From Thermococcus kodakarensis KOD1 (GTDB lineage: Archaea > Methanobacteriota_B > Thermococci > Thermococcales > Thermococcaceae), in assembly GCF_000009965.1 (NCBI RefSeq), contig NC_006624.1, positions 1,740,001 to 1,772,000 on the forward strand: a stretch of DNA of 32,000 bases. The letters are read 5' to 3'. The notes under the pieces are model-generated. The model ran no database searches. It was not told the DNA's origin and saw only the letters and a program-made list of their open reading frames with translations. Below, in pieces: positions 16,859 through 24,068 of the stretch (position 1 is the first letter of the stretch; every line of letters starts with the position of its first letter). The position numbers and the translations under genes were made by a program.

Positions 16859-18091
16859 TCACTCCCTTATGAAGCCGTAGCCGATGAGCCTCCACCTGCT
16901 CCCGACCTGCCTGCTGATGGCAACCCTGTCGCCGACCTCGGCGCAGACAGGTATCTGGAGCTTGAGCTCAACGGTGTCCTTTCCGAGGCCAGTTACGAGG
17001 CCCATCGTTCTCGCCGTGCCGACGTTGAGCAGGAGGACTTCCCTCCTCTTTATCGGCTCGACCCTGAGTTCCTCCTCGGTTCCGACGACGCGCTCAAGCA
17101 GGTGGACTTCGAGTGTAAGCTCGTCCCAGACGGGCGGTAGCTGACCTGGCTTTCCGACGACGTTTCCGGCCATCAGGTCGCCCTTGGTGAGGAACGGGTC
17201 GAGCTTGGTTCCAACGCCGACGAGACCGCCAGGATAGGCCTCTTCCACGAACCTACCGCCGGCCTGGAGCGATGTAATCTCCGTCGTTATCGGCTCGTAC
17301 TTTATCCTTCCGTGCTCCTCATAGGGGACACCGGGCCTTATCTCTATCTCGTCGCCGACCCTCAGCTTGCCCTGGACTATAGAACCGCCTATGACACCGC
17401 CAACGAGCTTCTCCGGCGGTGTTCCGGGCTTGTTCACGTCGAAGCTCCTAAGAACGAGCATCTTGGGCGGCTTGTTCGGGTCGCGCTTGGGAGTCGGTAT
17501 GAACTCCTCTATCGCCGCAAGGAGCACATCAACGTTAGCACCGTGTAGAGCTGAAATCGGGATTATCGGGGCGTTTTCAGCGACGGTGCCCTTGACGAAC
17601 TCCTTGATCTCCTGGTAGCGTTCCATGACCTTCTCCCTGTCAACCAGTTCAATCTTGTTGAGGGCTATGACTATGTTCCTGTTGCCGACTATCTGAAGGG
17701 CCATCAGGTGCTCCCTCGTCTGGGGCATCACTCCTTCGTTGGCCGCTATGACGAGAACCGCGCCGTCCATGAGGGACGCTCCTGCTAACATGGTCGTCAT
17801 CAGCGCCTCGTGGCCTGGAGCGTCGATGAACGAGACTCTCCTCTCGAACTCAGTCTCGTGGCCGCAGTAGGGACAGACCGGGGAGGTTGAGTACTTGCCG
17901 CAGTGCGGGCACTTCCTTATCTCTGCATCGGCAAAGCCTATCTTGATTGTAATACCCCTTCTCAGCTCCTCGCTGTGCGTATCCGTCCAGATTCCAGTTA
18001 GGGCCTTTGTGAGTGTCGTCTTACCGTGATCAACGTGACCGACCATACCGATGTTAACCTCGGCCTGCCTAAACTCCTTCTTCTTCGCCAT
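16859..18091 (-). CDS. eif2g: Translation initiation factor aIF2 gamma subunit
   Basis: It has a GTPase G1 motif [16 protein letters not shown] and NKIE, and the zinc-ribbon insert CPHCG...CPYCG typical of a/eIF2-gamma. ATG 18091 (MAKKKEF) lies 5 nt after GAGGTGA. Confidence 0.95.
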   Translation of the reverse strand: MAKKKEFRQAEVNIGMVGHVDHGKTTLTKALTGIWTDTHSEELRRGITIKIGFADAEIRKCPHCGKYSTSPVCPYCGHETEFERRVSFIDAPGHEALMTTMLAGASLMDGAVLVIAANEGVMPQTREHLMALQIVGNRNIVIALNKIELVDREKVMERYQEIKEFVKGTVAENAPIIPISALHGANVDVLLAAIEEFIPTPKRDPNKPPKMLVLRSFDVNKPGTPPEKLVGGVIGGSIVQGKLRVGDEIEIRPGVPYEEHGRIKYEPITTEITSLQAGGRFVEEAYPGGLVGVGTKLDPFLTKGDLMAGNVVGKPGQLPPVWDELTLEVHLLERVVGTEEELRVEPIKRREVLLLNVGTARTMGLVTGLGKDTVELKLQIPVCAEVGDRVAISRQVGSRWRLIGYGFIRE

Positions 18092-18125
18092 CTCTCTCAC
18101 CTCTAATGAGTAGAAAAGGCGGGCG

Positions 18126-18135
18126 CTTATTAAGG
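18126..18135 (-). promoter_or_regulatory. TATA-box candidate (CCTTAATAAG on the - strand) for aIF2-gamma
   Basis: An A/T core lies about 39 nt upstream of ATG 18091. The predicted leader contains the SD. Confidence 0.45.
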
Positions 18136-18234
18136 TTTCTTCATGGACATTCCTCGTGATTTTGACAGATGGCTTGGATTTTATTTTCGGCTATGTTCTG
18201 GAGGCATCCTTATTTCCTGCAGGGTCGTGAATGT

Positions 18235-18627
18235 TCACTCTTCCTCTTGGACAATTCGCAGGAATTTCCTGGCGCCGAGTTTTATCCCCACTTTGAACAC
18301 TAGGAGCGTCCAGAGCAGTGAGATTATCAGGGTTGAATACGGGTAAAACCCGAAAATCCACACGAGGACGTTGGATGCAGGGATGATTGCGAAGAATATA
18401 GCTCCCATTTTGGCTTCTAATGAGCAGTTTTTGGACCTTTTGTACTCCATACACGCCAGCCAAGTAATGGCGGAAAAGCTGAGCCAGAATACCCCTCCCG
18501 TCATCAGGAGCGCCTCTGGATAAAAACCATTACTTCCAAAGTATCCGCCAAGGAGTGCTAAAACCAGCTCGCTAACCCAAAAGCGTAAAAAGGTGATAAA
18601 GGAAACCTCAGTCCCGTAGAGCTTCAT
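18235..18627 (-). CDS. Small integral membrane protein (about 4 TM), unknown
   Basis: ATG 18627 lies 6 nt after GGAGGT. There are four hydrophobic stretches rich in F/W/L. Confidence 0.6.
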   Translation of the reverse strand: MKLYGTEVSFITFLRFWVSELVLALLGGYFGSNGFYPEALLMTGGVFWLSFSAITWLACMEYKRSKNCSLEAKMGAIFFAIIPASNVLVWIFGFYPYSTLIISLLWTLLVFKVGIKLGARKFLRIVQEEE

Positions 18628-18763
18628 TTTCGATACCTCCAGAGGTCGGACAGCCTGGAGAGTGCCTTCACGCTGTAAAATTCTCCTGGATCTATGTTGT
18701 TCTCATTGAGATTGCTTGCATTGTATTCACGTTTTTTCAAGAGTAACGGCAAAAGATTAAAGG

Positions 18764-19174
18764 TCAGCTGGGAGAGTTCCCGTCCCTCTTCCAGAGGGAG
18801 AGCTCAAAGAGACTCCCCAGAAGGCCCAGCAGAATGGCCGGGAGTAGGAGGAATAGTAGCACTATCATAGACCCCTCGCCCTCTGTTGGACCTGACGCAG
18901 GTGCCTCGAAGAAAGAGGCCACAATCCTTATCAGTCCTAGAACGGCCGCAAGAACGGCGGGGACGATGATTAAGGCGGTCCTTGCTAGGTCCCCTGGTCC
19001 AACTTCAAGCCTGGAGGCAACGAACGCCACCGCAATGGAGCTCAACAGCAGACCCACGAGATAGAGTGCAAGCGGGAGTATCCCCCCTAAGTTGACCCCG
19101 AGGAGAAATCCCGTCAAGAAAGAAAGAACGACTATAAGGGCAGAGACCCCCACTTTTCTTGTTATCGTTCTCAT
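18764..19174 (-). CDS. Small integral membrane protein (about 4 TM), unknown
   Basis: ATG 19174 lies 6 nt after GGTGG, and track start 19183 is a GTG. The hydrophobic segments are L/G/A-rich. Confidence 0.6.
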   Translation of the reverse strand: MRTITRKVGVSALIVVLSFLTGFLLGVNLGGILPLALYLVGLLLSSIAVAFVASRLEVGPGDLARTALIIVPAVLAAVLGLIRIVASFFEAPASGPTEGEGSMIVLLFLLLPAILLGLLGSLFELSLWKRDGNSPS

Positions 19175-19391
19175 GATGACCACCAGTTGAAATTAAGTTT
19201 ACAAAATATGCTTATAAATCTTTCCTTTTAGTCGATATAAAAACTCCTTCTTTTTCTAAGCATGACTTTATTTAGAGTAGCGTTTTTCCGCGTAGAATCG
19301 ACCGAAAGAAGCCCGGGGTGTGCATGGGGCAAAAATGGCTAAGCCCCAAATGCCGCAGGAGCTCCTGCGTCGAATCGAGGCGTTAACCGCT

Positions 19392-19943
19392 TTAACCTTT
19401 ATTCTCCAATTTTTCCAGCAGGATTCTGCATTTGTTCTGAAGCTCCCAGTTTCTTCTGAGGGTCTCCTCTGAGGCCCGAGCACTGAGGGGGTATCGTTTT
19501 AGCAGCTGATCTGAAAAATTCCATATTTCGGTGAGTCCCTCCTTAACTACCTTGATATCATCGTCGTCTCCGCGGGGGATTATTTCCGCAGACAGCTCAA
19601 GGAAATTGACACAGGAATCGGTTTGTGTCATTTTAAGCATGCTCGTATTAAATCCGTCCTTATGCAGAGTAATCATATATAATGGCTCTCTAAAGGACAT
19701 CATTACCCCCTCTGTGTGCTTAATACTAACAACGGCCCCGGTGTAGTTCGAGGAGTTGATGAAATTCAAGGCATCTTCGGAGAAAGCTCTAATGAAGGCG
19801 GCTTCTTGGGAGATCCACATTGCGATATACGACCTTTCACTCCCGGAGTACTCCGTTTTCAAAGTATTCGCCTTGTGCCACCAAAAGGCGGAGAGCACTA
19901 AAACCACAATGCACACAGCCGAGATTTTTTTACTTATATTCAT
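19392..19943 (-). CDS. N-terminally membrane-anchored protein, unknown (low-GC gene)
   Basis: A strong SD (GGGGGGAGG) lies 4 nt upstream of ATG 19943. A single N-terminal TM helix (ISAVCIVVLVLSAFWW) precedes a soluble domain of about 155 aa. I recognise no family. Confidence 0.58.
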   Translation of the reverse strand: MNISKKISAVCIVVLVLSAFWWHKANTLKTEYSGSERSYIAMWISQEAAFIRAFSEDALNFINSSNYTGAVVSIKHTEGVMMSFREPLYMITLHKDGFNTSMLKMTQTDSCVNFLELSAEIIPRGDDDDIKVVKEGLTEIWNFSDQLLKRYPLSARASEETLRRNWELQNKCRILLEKLENKG

Positions 19944-20016
19944 CTTGCCTCCCCCCTTTAGTTATATCAAATGTAAAAATAAATATCAGACAAAATCAAA
20001 AACAATTTTTCAACAA

Positions 20017-21306
20017 CTAACTGGTGTTGTTATGGTTGACATAGTGATAAACTACTCCTTCAATCACCCCAACCTGTTGGAGCCCCTGCGATGCACTTAG
20101 CTGATAATAAACAGGCACTTTAAATTTCACTTTAAAAGGTTTAACACCGGAATATTGCTGATATTCATAGTTCACGACTATTTGCTTTGTTCCAATGTAC
20201 TCTCCTGGGTGCAAAGCATACATGTCATTGTATTTTATGTGAATTGCATTAACTGGGTGTGTAGGCTTAATGTCCTCATTGAGCCCTCCAGAGAAAACTA
20301 GCGAAATTGCTGTTATTGGGTCAAGAGATAAAGGTCCAAGAGCAAATCCAAAGGATAATCCAACATCTCCTAGAGTCAGTGCATAGTGTGATGCTGAATG
20401 ATGAGTTATTGGCATGATTCTATCGCACTCCTCTGGAACAACCATTCCCATTTCCACAGCTTCTGGGCCAACTTGAGCGCTGTCTCCGATTAAGAGAGGA
20501 GTATCTTCACTTCCTGATTCTGTTCCTTCATTGTATATCTCCACTTCCACTTGATATGTCCCTTGAGGAGAAAGACTTGTAAGGGATGGAGGGCCATATA
20601 CTCTAAATTCTAGCGTTATGAAATATTTGGTCTTGAATATCCACCATCCAACTTCAAACCACTTTGTAACGAGCGTTGAAGATAGCCAGCTAGATGATAC
20701 CATAGCTGACATAGAATTAACAGATTTGCTGGAATCATAAAGGGTTACGGGCTTCCCCACAGTCTTTGTTATAGTTTTTGTCTTAATGACTGTAGGGCCA
20801 AGCTTCCAGAGCCATTCGTTCTCACTAACGTTCTTGCTAGGAATACTTAATTTTGAGAGTTTTGAGGGAATACTTGGATTGTACATACTGATAAATAAAA
20901 GACCTCCATGCTTGTCCTTAAAGAATAAGAATATCGTCCCGTTCGTGTAAACGTTACCCTGAAGTCCTGTCAATTTGTCGCTAGGGTTGTTGTTGAAAAT
21001 CATTACATACCCATTGAAAACGTTAGATTGGACTAATGAAAAACGCTTTTTTATTTGAATAACTTCATGCCTTATGAACAACTTCCCCTCGAGACTACCA
21101 GTACCACCACGGATGTCAATATGAAGATAAGCTGAGACTGGTACTGCGTCCTTCAGGTCATCGTTAAATGTTGGATGTGGATCGTAGACCCCTATAGAAT
21201 GTGGCTTAAAAGAAAAAGATTTTGCAATAGCAGGCTTCAATCCTGAACTAACTATTAGCAACCCAATTATGATGGCTACTACGGTCTTCCACTTCACTGC
21301 GTTCAC
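20017..21306 (-). CDS. Secreted/anchored beta-rich protein, unknown (low-GC gene)
   Basis: Its N-terminal hydrophobic signal is KWKTVVAIIIGLLIVSSGLKPAIA. The protein is S/T/N/V-rich with only one Cys. GAGGTGA at 21303-21309 suggests the real start may be GTG 21297 rather than GTG 21306. A TATA-like CTTATAAGG lies near 21345. Confidence 0.65.
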   Translation of the reverse strand: MNAVKWKTVVAIIIGLLIVSSGLKPAIAKSFSFKPHSIGVYDPHPTFNDDLKDAVPVSAYLHIDIRGGTGSLEGKLFIRHEVIQIKKRFSLVQSNVFNGYVMIFNNNPSDKLTGLQGNVYTNGTIFLFFKDKHGGLLFISMYNPSIPSKLSKLSIPSKNVSENEWLWKLGPTVIKTKTITKTVGKPVTLYDSSKSVNSMSAMVSSSWLSSTLVTKWFEVGWWIFKTKYFITLEFRVYGPPSLTSLSPQGTYQVEVEIYNEGTESGSEDTPLLIGDSAQVGPEAVEMGMVVPEECDRIMPITHHSASHYALTLGDVGLSFGFALGPLSLDPITAISLVFSGGLNEDIKPTHPVNAIHIKYNDMYALHPGEYIGTKQIVVNYEYQQYSGVKPFKVKFKVPVYYQLSASQGLQQVGVIEGVVYHYVNHNNTS

Positions 21307-21530
21307 CTCTTTGAGATTGTTTGCAGTACACTCTAATCACTTCATCCTTATAAGCTTTTCTCTTCAAATAAGTGAAAATTCATCATTTCTTTTTGGAGTG
21401 TAAATTTAATTAAGAGCTGTGTTTTGCTCTTAAAATGAGGTAGAAGAAGCCTGAGTAAAAGAGTTACATGGGGATGGGACCAAAGAATTGAAAGCGGTTG
21501 AAGTTCAATCGAGCAAAATTAGGGAGAAGC

Positions 21531-21908
21531 TCAGAAGACAATCTTCATGTTCACCTGAACGATGTTCGGGCTGATGGTGTTGCCGTGGACGGTCTTCTTT
21601 CTCCTCTCGCCCCTCTCCCTGGGCCTGAAGCCGGGGCCGCGTGAGAGGAGAATCTTAACCCTCCTCGGGCCGTGGACGTCGGGCCTCATGGGGAAGCCGT
21701 CCTTGTCGGTTCCTCCGGTGATCTTGAGCTTGGCGTCGGCCGGAATCTCCTCACCGAATATCTCGGAGAGGTTGAGGCCGAGCTCGCTCGCCGGAATTTC
21801 CTCGCCTATTCTCCTTCCAATAAGCTTGTCAGCCTCTGGGCCGCTTATCTCAACCTGCTTCGCAACTCCGTTTTTCGGGTTCGATATAACCAGCTTGAAG
21901 GTCGCCAT
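21531..21908 (-). CDS. rps6e: 30S ribosomal protein S6e
   Basis: [23 protein letters not shown]...[28 protein letters not shown]...RKKTVHGN is a typical S6e sequence. ATG 21908 follows GAGGTGGGAG. Confidence 0.95.
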
Positions 21909-21996
21909 TCCTCCCACCTCCATTCATCAGCGGGATTCATTGGGGTAGCCCCTTTCCCAACCGCTCTTAAGCGGTGCATTTAAAAACCTTATCGTG

Positions 21997-22009
21997 AAAT
22001 TTAAATAAA
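21997..22009 (+). promoter_or_regulatory. TATA-box candidate (AAATTTAAATAAA) for the Sec61-beta gene
   Basis: It lies about 38 nt upstream of ATG 22041, and GGTGAG at 22030 serves as the SD. Confidence 0.5.
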
Positions 22010-22040
22010 CCAACTGAAGAACTGGAGAAGGTGAGAAAAT

Positions 22041-22211
22041 ATGGCAAAGGAAAAGGCGACGCTCCCCCCAACTGGTGCGGGTCTGATGAGGTTCTTTGAC
22101 GAGGACACCAGGGCAGTCAAGGTCAGCCCGAAGGGCGTTATAGCCCTGACGCTCCTGCTGATCGCCTTTGAGTTCATACTCCACATGTTCGGCTCAAGCA
22201 TATTCGGCTAA
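22041..22211 (+). CDS. secG: Preprotein translocase subunit Sec61-beta (archaeal SecG), 56 aa
   Basis: It is absent from the ORF track because it is shorter than 60 aa. My translation is MAKEKATLPPTGAGLMRFFDEDTRAVKVSPKGVIALTLLLIAFEFILHMFGSSIFG. The AGL(M/I)R(F/Y)(F/M)DE motif plus a C-terminal TM helix is the archaeal Sec61-beta pattern. Confidence 0.85.
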   Translation: MAKEKATLPPTGAGLMRFFDEDTRAVKVSPKGVIALTLLLIAFEFILHMFGSSIFG

Positions 22212-22858
22212 AGGAAGCTCGTTTTCTTTAATCCCCTCGCGTTGAGCTCCTCGTCTATTATTCCCCTAACTACTTCTTCAAGCTGTTTCTCGATGAGTGC
22301 CTCCACGGTGCTCTTTATCTTGTCGATGTCTCCCCTCATGCCCTCTAGGAGCCTTATGTAGTCCCTCGCCATCTCAAGCTGGCCCTCCTGTCTTATCAGT
22401 TGCTCCTTGAGGTTCTCGAAGTCCTCCTTCATGACTTGATACTTTCTGAGCTCGCGCTGGAGCTCCTCAAGCTCCCTCTTGAGGCGGTAGTTCTCCTCCT
22501 TAAGTTCCTCAATCAGCTTTTCTTTGGCCTCAAGCTCTGAAACGAGGTTGTTATACTCCTCTGCTATCTGGTGAAGCCTCTCTATCTCGCGGAGCGGCGG
22601 AACTTTGCCGTTTCCGAGTATTATGACGTGGGGGCCGACGTTTACTATATCATCGGGGCTTATCTTAAGCTTCCTCTCGCTGGTAAAAACGCTCTGCCCG
22701 CTTCCGAGGTTTTCAACTTCTTTCATCTTCAGGATGAAGTAGAACTTGTTTCCTTCAACTTCAACGTTGATGTCGGTAACGTAACCGAGTATCTTTCCTT
22801 CGGTAAGGGAGATTACAAACTTGTTGATGAGCTGGTTTGCCTTGGCATCCCCTTCCAC
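22208..22858 (-). CDS. PRC-barrel-like N-terminal domain fused to a ~130-aa coiled coil (CdvA-like architecture), function unknown
   Basis: GTG 22858 lies 5 nt after GGTGGTG. The N-terminal ~85 aa (FVISLTEGKILGYVTDINVEVEGNKFYFIL...ISPDDIVNVGPHVIIL) fit the PRC-barrel pattern. The remainder is heptad-like and E/K/L-rich (LIEELKEENYRLKRELEELQRELRKYQ). Confidence 0.65.
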   Translation of the reverse strand: MEGDAKANQLINKFVISLTEGKILGYVTDINVEVEGNKFYFILKMKEVENLGSGQSVFTSERKLKISPDDIVNVGPHVIILGNGKVPPLREIERLHQIAEEYNNLVSELEAKEKLIEELKEENYRLKRELEELQRELRKYQVMKEDFENLKEQLIRQEGQLEMARDYIRLLEGMRGDIDKIKSTVEALIEKQLEEVVRGIIDEELNARGLKKTSFL

Positions 22859-22912
22859 CGTAACACCACCGCAGTTTTTACGTCCAACTTCTACTTAACC
22901 TTTCCGCCAAGG

Positions 22913-22920
22913 TTTATAAA
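22913..22920. promoter_or_regulatory. Palindromic TATA element TTTATAAA in a divergent spacer (PRC/coiled-coil gene vs engB)
   Basis: This is the only strong A/T element in the 96-nt spacer. It lies about 38 nt from ATG 22955 and about 58 nt from GTG 22858. Confidence 0.45.
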
Positions 22921-22954
22921 CGACCCTGAGTTGAAGAACGCGGGTGGTGGAACG

Positions 22955-23506
22955 ATGATAATATTCGCGGGGCGCTCAAACGTTGGAAAGAGCACCCTGA
23001 TATTCCAGCTTACTGGAAAAAAGGTCAAGAGAGGAAAGCGCCCCGGCGTTACCCGAAGACCGATTGAGATTGAGTGGCGCGGGAAAAGGGTGGTTGACCT
23101 TCCAGGCTTCGGCTTTATGAGCGGCCTGCCGAAGGAAGTCCAGGAGAGGATAAAGGACGAGATAGTGCACTTCATCGAGGACAACGCAGATAGAATAGAA
23201 CTGGCCGTTCTTGTCGTTGACGGAAAGGCCGCTCCCGAAATCATCGAACGCTGGGAGAAGCGCGGCGAGATACCTATTGATGTGGAGTTCTACCAGTTCC
23301 TCCGTGAGCTCGAGATACCGACGATCGTTGCTGTGAACAAGATAGACAAGGTAAAGAACGTTGGAGCGGTCATAAACTTCCTGGCAGAAAAGTTTGGCGT
23401 TCCCTACGGCGAGGTCAATGAGACTTTCGTCCCGATATCCGCAAAATTTGGAAAGAACCTCGACGCCCTCAAAGCCCTGATGGAAAAGAAAAGGAGAAAG
23501 TCATAG
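22955..23506 (+). CDS. engB: GTP-binding protein EngB/YsxC
   Basis: MIIFAGRSNVGKSTLI (G1), DLPGFG (G3) and NKIDK (G4) are present. ATG 22955 lies 4 nt after GGTGGTGG. The 128 codons before it in the track ORF are antisense to the coiled-coil gene. Confidence 0.9.
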   Translation: MIIFAGRSNVGKSTLIFQLTGKKVKRGKRPGVTRRPIEIEWRGKRVVDLPGFGFMSGLPKEVQERIKDEIVHFIEDNADRIELAVLVVDGKAAPEIIERWEKRGEIPIDVEFYQFLRELEIPTIVAVNKIDKVKNVGAVINFLAEKFGVPYGEVNETFVPISAKFGKNLDALKALMEKKRRKS

Positions 23507-23965
23507 CGTCTCAAGGACGAGATGCGTGTTCGTCTCTTTTACGCCGTCCAGCGACGCTATCTCCTCCAAAATTTCGTCCAGCCTGCCCTTATCGGCTTCG
23601 ATGATCAGGTCTATGTCCCCTGTAACGCGGTATATCTTCTTCAGGTTCAGCTTCCTTATGGCCTCGTAGACCTGCTTTCTCTTTGTCGGTTCGATTTTAA
23701 CGAAGACAAAAACGTCTCCTTTCTTCTCTCCAAGGAGTTCAAGGGCCTTGTCAGTTAGATCTATGAAGCCCCTGCCCGTCCTGATGTATCCAAGCTCCTT
23801 AAGCACCTTGAGGTGGTTGCTAAGGGCCTGCCTCGTTATTCCAAGCTCCTTTGACAGCTCGTCCTGTGTCTTTTCAACGGTGTGAACCTCTATTGTTCTC
23901 CCGTCCTGGTAGAGCTTTTTCAAAAGCTTCAGCTGGCGTGGTGTCAGTGTGCCGCCTTCGTTCAT
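23501..23965 (-). CDS. Lrp/AsnC-family transcriptional regulator (HTH + RAM/ACT-like domain)
   Basis: The HTH is TQDELSKELGITRQALSNHLKVLKELGYI. The C-terminus is VFVFVKIEP...VTGDIDLIIEA...LDGVKETNTHLVL. ATG 23965 lies 6 nt after GGAGGTGA. Confidence 0.85.
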   Translation of the reverse strand: MNEGGTLTPRQLKLLKKLYQDGRTIEVHTVEKTQDELSKELGITRQALSNHLKVLKELGYIRTGRGFIDLTDKALELLGEKKGDVFVFVKIEPTKRKQVYEAIRKLNLKKIYRVTGDIDLIIEADKGRLDEILEEIASLDGVKETNTHLVLETL

Positions 23966-24045
23966 TAGTTTCACCTCCAAATTTTCCAAATTTAACCTCG
24001 ATAAATGTAAAACTTAACCTTTCGGTAATCACTGGAACAGAAGTC

Positions 24046-24059
24046 AAACTTATAAGTTT
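24046..24059. promoter_or_regulatory. Perfect 14-bp palindrome AAACTTATAAGTTT (TATA-like) upstream of the Clp1-type kinase gene
   Basis: I read it directly and it equals its own reverse complement. Its centre lies about 17 nt from ATG 24069, about 23 nt from ATG 24075 and about 63 nt from ATG 24115. Confidence 0.45.
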
Positions 24060-24068
24060 TCCTGTTTT

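Noticed and set aside
20017-21306. I considered whether the S/T-rich stretch SKSVNSMSAMVSSSWLSSTLVTKW marks an aerolysin-type pore-forming insertion hairpin in the 429-aa low-GC protein.
   Set aside because: The alternation of polar and hydrophobic residues is imperfect, and I cannot test fold similarity. The idea is too speculative to report as a finding.
21340-21400. A possible C/D-box sRNA on the minus strand (AATGATGAA at about 21388-21396, with GGATGAAG further downstream).
   Set aside because: There is no CTGA D box at the expected distance. The spacing between the C-like and C'-like boxes is too long, and the region is better explained as the promoter and leader of the 429-aa gene.
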